The translations under genes were made by a program, and so were the position numbers. A stretch of DNA of 51,357 nt from Flavobacterium sp. (lineage in GTDB: Bacteria > Bacteroidota > Bacteroidia > Flavobacteriales > Flavobacteriaceae): the NCBI GenBank assembly GCA_044373885.1, contig JBIPNF010000001.1:1-51357 (forward strand), read 5' to 3'. Positions 1 to 9,000 of the stretch are shown here, piece by piece. The notes under the pieces were generated by a model, which worked only from the letters and a program-made list of their open reading frames with translations, searched no databases and had not been told where the DNA came from. Position 1 is the first letter of the stretch; each line of letters begins with the position of its first letter.

Positions 1-139
1 CTTTATAAGCACAATAAAAGTAAATAAAATATTTTTTAAGTAACTGTTAATTAACTATTTGCAAGTAGGAATAGTTCTTTTTTTGGAAATATTCTAGTTA
101 AAAACACACTATGCTTTTTGAGTAGCATTGAAGTTATTC

Positions 140-220
140 TAGGAACGTTTTTAGCCCTGATAGCAGCGGTATCCTGCGCTTTTTTGCGCAGATATAGCGA
201 ATAGCAGGAAATAGCTCCTA
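140..220 (+). ncRNA. Structured palindromic repeat, probable Flavo-1-like RNA element (copy A)
   Basis: Nested inverted repeats TAGGA..TCCTA, CCTG..CAGG and CTGCGC-T6-GCGCAG. The core is shared with the elements at 19373-19475 and 37953-38021. The Flavo-1 label is from recall of the Rfam motif and has not been verified. Confidence 0.55.
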
Positions 221-289
221 ATAAAAACTCAAAAGATTTCGATTACAGAAAATATAATTGTTAATTTGTGACTTCTAATTTAGAGTGGT

Positions 290-1888
290 ATGTTGAAAAA
301 TAATTTGAAATATATTTTGGTTTTGCTGGTATTAACGGTAATTGGGTGCGCCAAAAGGGGCTCGATTTCTGGCGGATTGAAAGACACGATTGCGCCGGTT
401 TTGAAAGCGAGTTTTCCGAAAAATTTCAGCGTGAATTTTAAAGGAAGTGAAATTAATTTGACTTTTGATGAATATGTAAAACTGAAAAATGTCACGAAAC
501 AGTTGATTATTTCTCCGCCAATGAAGGCCACACCTGTAATTTCTCCACTGACGGCGAGCCGAATTATTAACATAAAAATCAAAGATACGCTTCAGGAAAA
601 CACGACCTATAGTTTTAATTTTGGGCAAAGTATTGAAGATAATAATGAGGGAAATGCTTATAAACAGTTCAAATATGTGTTTTCGACAGGGGCATTTATT
701 GACTCGCTAAAAGTGGGCGGAACAATAAAAGATGCGCTTAATAAAAAAGAAGATTCGTTCGTTTCGGTAATGTTGTATGAAGTAAATGAGAAATTTACGG
801 ATTCGGTGGTTTATAAATCGGTTCCAAGATATATTACGAATACGTTGGACAGTTTGAAGACTTTTGAAATTGAGAATGTAAAGGCTGGAAAATATCTTTT
901 GGTGGCGATGAAAGATGTGAATAGCAACAATAAATTCAATCCTAAAGAAGACAAAATTGGGTTTAGAAAACAATATGTTACGATTCCGAATGACAGTTTA
1001 TTTGAGTTAAAATTATTCAAAGAAGTGTTGCCGTTTAAGGCGGTTAAGCCTGTTCAAGCATCGGGAAATAAATTGTTTTTGGGTTATGAAGGGAAGCCAA
1101 AAAATCTAAATGTCGTTTTGAAAAATGGAAATGAGATTCTACCTACAATAATTACAAAATTTCCTGTGAAGGATTCGGTTCAAGTTTGGTTTAAACCAAT
1201 AAAAGCTGATTCGCTGAATTTGGCAGTGACCAATGGAACGTATAAAGCCAATTTTAATTTCAAAATTAAAGCGCAGAAAAAGGACACTTTGAGTTTTTCG
1301 GGTAAGTCGAGTTTGGGATTATCGAAAAAGGATAAATTCACGATTACGGCTTCGCGACCTTTGATAAAATTTGATAAATCAAAAATTAAAGTGATTGATA
1401 AAGACTCGGTGAGTGTTGCTTTTACGACAGATTATGATGTTTATAATCAAGAATTAAAATTTGATTTTCCAAAAGAGCCACTACAAAGTTATAAATTCCA
1501 ACTTTTTCCGGGTGCATTAACGGATTATTTGGAGCAGAAAAACGACACATTAAACTATAAAGTGACAACAAAAAATACCGGTGATTACGGCAATTTGCGA
1601 GTGAATTTGACCAGTGTAAAACATTTTCCAGTACTCGTTGAATTGACGAATGAGAAAGGCGATGTTGTGGCTTCTGAATATTCTGAGAAAGAGACTTCTG
1701 TTGAATTTACATTTCTAGAACCTGCGAAATATACATTGCGCGTTATTTATGATGTAAATGGAAATAAGGAATGGGATTCGGGAAATTTCTTAGAAAAAAG
1801 ACAGGCAGAAGAAGTGATTTATTTCCCCAAAGAAATTGATGTTCGCGCCAATTGGGATGTGGATCAGGGATTTGATTTAGGGAAATAA
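290..1888 (+). CDS. Ig-like (Big_5) domain-containing lipoprotein, conserved in Bacteroidota
   Basis: 532-aa ORF with a lipobox-like signal (VLTVIG-C), N-terminal CAKRGSISGGLKDTIAP, an Ig-like FDEYVKL segment and a C-terminal DVNGNKEWDSGN..IDVRANWDV motif. Confidence 0.8.
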   Translation: MLKNNLKYILVLLVLTVIGCAKRGSISGGLKDTIAPVLKASFPKNFSVNFKGSEINLTFDEYVKLKNVTKQLIISPPMKATPVISPLTASRIINIKIKDTLQENTTYSFNFGQSIEDNNEGNAYKQFKYVFSTGAFIDSLKVGGTIKDALNKKEDSFVSVMLYEVNEKFTDSVVYKSVPRYITNTLDSLKTFEIENVKAGKYLLVAMKDVNSNNKFNPKEDKIGFRKQYVTIPNDSLFELKLFKEVLPFKAVKPVQASGNKLFLGYEGKPKNLNVVLKNGNEILPTIITKFPVKDSVQVWFKPIKADSLNLAVTNGTYKANFNFKIKAQKKDTLSFSGKSSLGLSKKDKFTITASRPLIKFDKSKIKVIDKDSVSVAFTTDYDVYNQELKFDFPKEPLQSYKFQLFPGALTDYLEQKNDTLNYKVTTKNTGDYGNLRVNLTSVKHFPVLVELTNEKGDVVASEYSEKETSVEFTFLEPAKYTLRVIYDVNGNKEWDSGNFLEKRQAEEVIYFPKEIDVRANWDVDQGFDLGK

Positions 1889-1894
1889 TTCCAA

Positions 1895-2659
1895 TTATAC
1901 CATTTTAAACGCATCCCGATCATTCAAAAAACCAAATTTTTGACGGTTTTCTAAAAGTGTGTTTTTGTCTAAATTGGCAATGAAAACACCCTCTTTTTCT
2001 TGGGGTTCGACAAGGTAATTCCCAAGAAAATCTATTGCTTGAGAACGACCAGAATAGTCGTGAAGGTTTTGGTCGGTGCCAATTCTATTTACGCCAATAG
2101 TGTAACACATATTCTCGATAGCGCGTGCTTTTAGTAAGGCATCCCAAGCGTTTATTCTGGGTTTTGGCCAGTTGGCAACGTAAATCAAAACATCATACTC
2201 TTCGGTGTTTCTTGCAAAAACCGGAAACCGCAAATCGTAACAAATCAGTGGACAAATTTTGAATCCTTTGTATTCAATTATGATTTTCTTCGTTCCAGAA
2301 GTATAATTTTCGTCCTCGCCAGCAAGCGTAAACAAGTGCTTTTTATCGTAGGTTTTAACTTCTCCCGACGGGAATACAAATACCAACCGATTGTAGAAAT
2401 TTTCGTTTTCTTGAACTACTAAACTTCCTGTAATAGCGGAATTTTTAGCTTTGGCCAATGCTTGTAACCACAAAAGGGTTTCGCCTTGCATGATTTCGGC
2501 AACTGATTTTGGATTCATGGTAAACCCCGAGGTAAACATTTCTGGAAGCACAATCAAATCGATATTTTCAGTTATGGCATTGATTTTTTCCTCGAAATAC
2601 TTCCGATTTGCAATTGGGTTTTCCCAGATTAAGGGTGCTTGTAGAAGGGCTATTTTCAT
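1895..2659 (-). CDS. Nitrilase-family carbon-nitrogen amidohydrolase (YafV/omega-amidase-like)
   Basis: Glu-Lys-Cys triad motifs VLPEMF, YDKKHLF and ICYDLRFP, plus ARAIEN. Confidence 0.9.
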   Translation of the reverse strand: MKIALLQAPLIWENPIANRKYFEEKINAITENIDLIVLPEMFTSGFTMNPKSVAEIMQGETLLWLQALAKAKNSAITGSLVVQENENFYNRLVFVFPSGEVKTYDKKHLFTLAGEDENYTSGTKKIIIEYKGFKICPLICYDLRFPVFARNTEEYDVLIYVANWPKPRINAWDALLKARAIENMCYTIGVNRIGTDQNLHDYSGRSQAIDFLGNYLVEPQEKEGVFIANLDKNTLLENRQKFGFLNDRDAFKMV

Positions 2660-2669
2660 GGTATTATTT

Positions 2670-2709
2670 CACAGAGATTCACAAAGATACACAGAGATTC
2701 GCAAAGAGT
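2670..2709. repeat. Four tandem 10-bp units (CACAGAGATT-like)
   Basis: cacagagatt cacaaagata cacagagatt cgcaaagagt, filling the gap between the GH92 and amidohydrolase genes. Confidence 0.75.
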
Positions 2710-5519
2710 TATTTGATCGTTATTTCATCGATGAAAATAAAAGCGTCGCCACCGAAACCTTGATGCCATTCGGGTAATTTCCCAAAGTTGTAGGCTTTTA
2801 CTTTGATGTACCTTGCTTTGATTTCTTTGGGTGATTTGTATTCAAAATTTTGGATTTTATTTTCTTCAAATTTTGGATCTAAATTGTTTTCGATAGTTCC
2901 AATGAGCGTAAAATTGATATTATCTGAGGAAGAATAATAGTCTACTTTGGTTGGCATCAAAATCCACGAACGAGAATCTTGCAGAAAAGTAGCACTAAAA
3001 CTGGATACATCTTTCTCTGATTGCAAATCAATAACCGCTTCAAAATCTTGACTTTGATAGCCCTGCCACTCCCCTTTTCGCCAATTTTCAGTACCTAAAA
3101 TTCCATCGATAATTCCTTCATCGCCGCCCGCAGTATATTGTGGGTTGTATTTGGATTTTATGTCGATGGTGTAATTATTTGGCTTTTTGAAGTAGGTCGC
3201 AGAAACAGTATTACTTTGATTTTCATCCTTTTTAATGTAAGCTGAAATTGTAGAAGTTTCTAAAATTTCAAAGGGTTTAGAATAACGAACAAAAGCTTTT
3301 TTAGCCAAATAATCCTCTTTGTCACATACAAAGAAATAGATTGTGTCGTTAAAATTTTGAGAAATAATTTCAACTTTCATCGTATCTTTAAACGATTTAC
3401 TTTCCGCTTGAATCACTGGAACTGGGATAATTTCTTTAAAAGAAAAACCATCTGTAACTACTTTGTCATTATTCTTTATTCCAAAATATTTCAATTCATC
3501 AATGGGCATTTTTTTAGAAATTTCTTTTACATTTTTATCTTCTAAATTAACTTTAATCTTTTCAAAACTAGATTGAGTCACACTCCATTCCGATTTTCCT
3601 GGCGTCACATCATAAATTCCCAAAGAACTCAGAACATACCAAGCGCTCATTTGACCACAATCTTCATTTCCTATTAATCCATCGGGAGCATTTTTATAGA
3701 AATTATCTAAAATATAATGGACTTTCTCCTTAGCTTTTTCTGGTTTTCCTACATAATTATACAAATACGCCATGTGATGACTCGGCTCGTTTCCGTGTGC
3801 ATACTGTCCAATTAAACCCGTAACATCAACTTGTTCGCGTCCAGTAGTCTTGCTTTCACTGTTGAACATTTCATCGAGCTTGGCTTCAAATTTTGCTGCA
3901 CCGCCATACGCTTCAATCATTCCAGGAATATCTTGAGGCACAAAAAAGGAATACTGCCAACTATTCCCTTCGGTAAAATTATTATTGATTTCTTTTGGAT
4001 CAAATGGTTTATCCCAACCGCCATTTTTCTTTGGTCGCATGAAACCCGTATTCCAATCGAAGACATTCTTCCAACTTTGGGAACGTTTCATGAAATAGTT
4101 GTAGTCTTCTTTTTTGCTCAGAATTCCTGCCATTTGGGCGATACACCAATCGTCATAAGCATATTCCAATGTTTTAGAAACGCTTTCGTGTTCGTCATCC
4201 ATGGCAATGAATCCTTGTTTTTTATAAGCATCCAATCCCAAATGATCCAACATCGCTGAATGTTTGGCGGCTTCAAACGCTTTTTCATAATCAAAACCTG
4301 TGATTCCTTTTGCCATTGCATCAGCCATAACCGAAACGGAATGGTAGCCAATCATGCAATCGGTTTCATTAGATGCCAATTCCCAAACAGGCAATCTTCC
4401 GCCTTGTTCGTATTGCTTTAGAAACGTATTGATAAAATCGGAAGTTCGTTTTTTGTCAATCAAAGTATAAAGTGGATGTGCGGCGCGAAATGTATCCCAA
4501 AGTGAAAATACAGAATAGTAATCAAATCCTTCTGCAACATGAATTTTATTGTCTCTTCCACGGTATTTCCCATCCAGATCTTGAGCAATATTGGGTTGCA
4601 TCATCGTGTGGTATAATGCGGTGTAGAAAACGGTTTTTTTGTCCTTATTATCCGAAGTTACTTCAATTTTTGACAATTCCGAATTCCACTTTTGTTCGGC
4701 TGCCGTTTTTACTTTATTGAAATCCCAACCTTTAATTTCAGAACTATTTAATTTTGCGCCTTCATAACTTGTTGGCGAAATTGCAACTTTAACGAGGATT
4801 TTTTCGCCTTTTTTGACTTGCTTTGAAAAACAAATTTTTAAAATGGTGCCGCAATAAAAATCCGTTTTATTTTCTTGATTGGCTTCCACTTTATTAATTT
4901 TCATTGGAGTGCTGAATTCAATTCTAGCATAAACGTATTGGTCTTTTGCCCACGCTTCACTTCGTCTTAAGATTTCAATCGTTTTGTTATCTATTACGCG
5001 AATTCTTCCTTCCAATAATTTATCTCTATGGTTTAAATCGAGGATAATATTGGCTTGACCGTTTGAATTGAAAGTATATTCGTGAAAACCAACCCGTGTT
5101 GAGGCCGTTAAACGCAAGTCGATATTATGTTTGTCTAATTTAACCGAATAAAAACCAGCTGTTGCTTTTTCATTTTGATGTAAAAATTTTGAAGAATATT
5201 GTTTAGGATTAAATGAAGGCTCACCCATTGTTGGCATCAACATAATATCTCCAAAATCAGAAACTCCAGTTCCATTTAGGTGCGTGTGCGAAAATCCATA
5301 AATCACAGCATCGGAATAATGATAGCCTGAACAACCGTCCCAGCTTCCGTCAATTCTAGTATCGGGAGATACTTGTACCATTCCAAAAGGAAGCGTCGCA
5401 CCAGGAAAAGTATGTCCGTGACCGCCAGTTCCAATTATTGGATTGACATATTGCTGAAGATTTTGTCCTAAAACAAGTGTGGTTATTAGTGATACAACAA
5501 CCGATAGGATGTATTTCAT
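2709..5519 (-). CDS. GH92 alpha-mannosidase-family glycoside hydrolase with C-terminal FN3-associated and F5/8-type-C-like domains
   Basis: Signal peptide followed by Gln. Motifs YVNPIIGTGGHGHTFPGA, FSLWDTFRA, FTEGNSWQYSF, GNEPSHH and GNEDCGQMSAWY; C-terminal ARYIKVKA..IFIDEI. Confidence 0.92.
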   Translation of the reverse strand: MKYILSVVVSLITTLVLGQNLQQYVNPIIGTGGHGHTFPGATLPFGMVQVSPDTRIDGSWDGCSGYHYSDAVIYGFSHTHLNGTGVSDFGDIMLMPTMGEPSFNPKQYSSKFLHQNEKATAGFYSVKLDKHNIDLRLTASTRVGFHEYTFNSNGQANIILDLNHRDKLLEGRIRVIDNKTIEILRRSEAWAKDQYVYARIEFSTPMKINKVEANQENKTDFYCGTILKICFSKQVKKGEKILVKVAISPTSYEGAKLNSSEIKGWDFNKVKTAAEQKWNSELSKIEVTSDNKDKKTVFYTALYHTMMQPNIAQDLDGKYRGRDNKIHVAEGFDYYSVFSLWDTFRAAHPLYTLIDKKRTSDFINTFLKQYEQGGRLPVWELASNETDCMIGYHSVSVMADAMAKGITGFDYEKAFEAAKHSAMLDHLGLDAYKKQGFIAMDDEHESVSKTLEYAYDDWCIAQMAGILSKKEDYNYFMKRSQSWKNVFDWNTGFMRPKKNGGWDKPFDPKEINNNFTEGNSWQYSFFVPQDIPGMIEAYGGAAKFEAKLDEMFNSESKTTGREQVDVTGLIGQYAHGNEPSHHMAYLYNYVGKPEKAKEKVHYILDNFYKNAPDGLIGNEDCGQMSAWYVLSSLGIYDVTPGKSEWSVTQSSFEKIKVNLEDKNVKEISKKMPIDELKYFGIKNNDKVVTDGFSFKEIIPVPVIQAESKSFKDTMKVEIISQNFNDTIYFFVCDKEDYLAKKAFVRYSKPFEILETSTISAYIKKDENQSNTVSATYFKKPNNYTIDIKSKYNPQYTAGGDEGIIDGILGTENWRKGEWQGYQSQDFEAVIDLQSEKDVSSFSATFLQDSRSWILMPTKVDYYSSSDNINFTLIGTIENNLDPKFEENKIQNFEYKSPKEIKARYIKVKAYNFGKLPEWHQGFGGDAFIFIDEITIK

Positions 5520-5535
5520 TGGGATGATTTTAGCC

Positions 5536-5543
5536 CAAATATA
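5536..5543 (-). promoter_or_regulatory. Bacteroidota -7 promoter box for GH92
   Basis: TATATTTG on the minus strand (matches TAnnTTTG), 16 nt upstream of the ATG. Confidence 0.6.
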
Positions 5544-5863
5544 GTAAATTATTAGTATGAATTAACAATCAGAATACGCTATTAATTATTATTGATTGAA
5601 GCACTTTTAAATAAATCCAACTCCTATTTTTGTACTTTAAGATGTTATTTTATTTTTTTATAGAATGCTTTTGAATTTGAAAAACTTTCTTCTTATTTGC
5701 ATCATTTGAAATTAACCCTTTTTCGTTGTGGCAGTATTGAAACTAATTAATTTCAATAGAAAAGGTAATGAATTCAAACACGGCATTATGTGTTTATAAC
5801 TCTAATAACCACAATTGTTTTGGGACAACTCTTTACGAAGTAATACCAATTATAATTTATTAA

Positions 5864-5917
5864 TTAAACTGCAAAAGTGTCCAATTTTTAATAAAACTGG
5901 ACACTTTTGCAGTTTAA
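5864..5917. repeat. Perfect 20-bp inverted repeat (long hairpin)
   Basis: TTAAACTGCAAAAGTGTCCA (5864-5883) pairs with TGGACACTTTTGCAGTTTAA (5898-5917). Confidence 0.9.
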
Positions 5918-5944
5918 AAAAAATTAATTATGATGCCTTTTTAT

Positions 5945-5952
5945 TAATTTTG
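5945..5952 (+). promoter_or_regulatory. Candidate -7 promoter box for the giant T9SS gene
   Basis: TAATTTTG matches TAnnTTTG upstream of the ATGs at 6007 and 6049. Confidence 0.45.
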
Positions 5953-6048
5953 TAAGATTTTTAAAAGTTTGCTTTAAATAATTCAACTGCCAAATTATCC
6001 CTCATTATGAATGTTATTTCTTCTTTTTCAAATATATTTCAAAATCAT

Positions 6049-9000
6049 ATGAATACAATAAAAATTAGTAAAATTATATTTAGTGTTTTATTTGTGTTTA
6101 GCACAATGGCGAATGCTCAAAACTTAACCATTTCCTCGTCTGGACAAACGGGTACTTCTGGAACCAACTGGGGCATAACAGGAAGTAACTTAACAGTTAC
6201 GGGCACAGCCACTATTGCTGCTTCGGTTATTGAAAGCCATCTTGCTTCCAATTCGTTATCTATACAAGGAAATTCAACCTCATTTGCAGTAAATGTTAGC
6301 GAACCCATCTCATCAAGTGCGTCGGGCAATGGACTTACAATTGGTGCTACTGGAAATACTGGAAATATTTTGTTTAATAATGCCTTTAGTCTTGCAGGGT
6401 CGGTGACTATTTTTGGTGGCAGAGTAAGCATTTTGGAGGCATTTTCATTATCAGCTCCAAATCTTTTAAGCATAACTTCAATTAATACGTTAATTGCGGG
6501 TACCACCACTATTGGAGGAACTGCTAGTATTAGCGCTTCTGGAAATTTTATTTTAGGAACTAACATAACAGCAGGAACAGGATTTCCGCTGACGGCTTCC
6601 GGTGGATTTACCAAAACAGGAGCAGGAACGTCGTACCTATTTTCGAGTATCAATACAACAAATACTGCAGTGACTATTGCAGGACCCGTTGTTGTTGGGA
6701 ACTTTAATACTAGTAATGCAATTACTCAAATCAATACCAATGGAGGAAATATCAGTATTCCCGGAGCAGTAAGTGCCTATAGTGGAACAGGAAGAGATTA
6801 TATGGCATTGGTTTATGCAAACCTCTATGATGCAGAAGCTGGCGCTGTAACAGGCAGTTCTACAGATATATACTTGCGTTTCAATCCTGGAAACCAATTT
6901 TTTAACAGCGTTCCAGGCATGGCAGCCTCTTACAGTATTCAATATTTAGTAGTTGCAGGTGGTGGTGGTGGTGGTGCTAGCTGGGCCGGAGCCTATAGCG
7001 GCGGTGGCGGCGGTGGCGGTGGCGTTGCTAATGGCACTTATTCCTTTACCGGCAGTCCACTTGCTATTTCAGTAGGTGCAGGCGGAGATGTGTCTTCTTC
7101 TGGAAATGATTCTTATTTAGAAACTATAAAATCTGGTGGCGGCGGTGGCGGTGGTAACTGGAATACTACTCTTGGTCTCGTAGGTAGGGGAGGAACTGGT
7201 TATACAGCTGGAGGTGGCGGTGGTGGCGCAGGTTCAAATACTGGTGCTGGCCAAAGTGGTGGAACAGGTACCCAGCGCAATGGCGGGTCTGGCGCATGGA
7301 GTGGTTCCCTTACAAATTTTGGAGGATCTGGCGGAGGAGCTGTTGGAAACGGTGCAAACTTCAATAGCGGAGGATTCGGATATAGCTCCAGTATTACGGG
7401 TGTAGCCATATCTTATGGAGAAGGGGCAGCGTGTCAAGGAACTCCCGTAGCTAATACTGGTGGTGGTGGCGGTGCACAAGGCTACGGAACCTATACTGGT
7501 GCCGATGGTGCTGTCATACTTCGTTTTGCATTACCTAATGCAAGTGCTCTTAATGCTGCTAGTTTAAGTACAGCCTTTCATTTAAATGCTATTGCAGGCT
7601 CTGTAACTTTAAGTTCAACAGTAGCCAACCTAAGTAATCTTGAAATTACAGCAGGTGCTGCTTCTACTATAACAGGACCTGTAACGGGTACAGGTAGTTT
7701 ATTAAAAACAGGAAGTGGAACGTTAACACTTTCGGGTGATAATCGCTATTCAGGTGGAACAACCGTTACAACAGGAACTTTAGTATTAAATGATACTGCT
7801 CCAATGGATGGTCTAGGTGTTATTGTAGGTACATTAAACATCAATCAAAACGGAACCGTTCAATTAACAGGATTAGCTTCTGCTTTAGGTTACAATGCCA
7901 ATCGTGTGACTACTATTAATATCAATGGCGGAGTTTTAGAAGCAGCTAGCGGACAACAACATATTTGGAACTTAACAGGAGGTTTGAATTTTAATGGAGG
8001 AGGAACTTTGCGCACCAATGGAGGTACTAGTGCTGCGGCAGCTACTTCTTATTTTGAGTGGGGCGTAACCAATATTACGATTACTAATCCAACCTCACCT
8101 GCTGAAATTGCAGGAAGAATCAATTTGCGCAACGATTTGGGCACCAGTGTATTTACAGTTGCCGATGGAGCAGCTGAAAATGATTTGCTCATTAGTGCTG
8201 CCATAACCGAAGCAAATGGCTCCAGTTTAACAAAGACAGGCGCTGGAAAATTAACTTTTACAGGTAGTAATAGTTACTCTGGTACTACAACTATAAGCGC
8301 AGGAATCCTACAAATTGGAAATGGAGGTACTAGCGGAACCATCAGTGCTGCTGGAGTAACTAATAATGCTGCTTTAGTTTTTAATAGAAGTAATGATTTT
8401 ACGATTAGTAATGCTATATCTGGAACAGGAACGGTTAACAAGACGGGCGCTGGAATCCTAACACTTTCTGGAGGTAATTCATATTCTGGACTAACCACGA
8501 TTTCTCAAAGTATTCTTAAATGTGGTTCAAACACAGCATTAGGAACAATTGCGGGTAGTACAACCATTGTGGATGGTGCCGCTTTAGACTTAAATGGAAT
8601 TAACTATAGCACTGCGGAACCTTTAACAATTAATGGAACTGGGGTTAGTGCTAGTGGCGTACTTTACAATTCAACAACTACCATAGCAACTTTTGCTGGT
8701 CCAATCACATTGGCATCAAATGTTACAATAAATGGAAAAGATGCCGATTTAACTTTGAGTGGAACAATCAACGGAGCGTATGCATTAGAAATCATCAGTA
8801 CCAATAAGGCATTTTCTCAAACCGGTATTGTGGGTGCTACGTCAGCTCCAGTTTCTTATACGATAAATACAGGGTCAGGTTTAATTACTAAGGGTGCTGC
8901 TGCAACAGTAGCTGGTCCGATTACACTAGATGGTGGACAAATATCTTTAAGTTCTACTACAACTTCTACTTTGACAAATGCCGCAATTACTGCGCGATCT

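Noticed and set aside
5700-5830. Known riboswitch (SAM-I, fluoride, c-di-GMP, cobalamin) upstream of the adhesin
   Set aside because: There are only fragmentary resemblances and the core consensus nucleotides are absent. It is kept only as an unnamed candidate structure.
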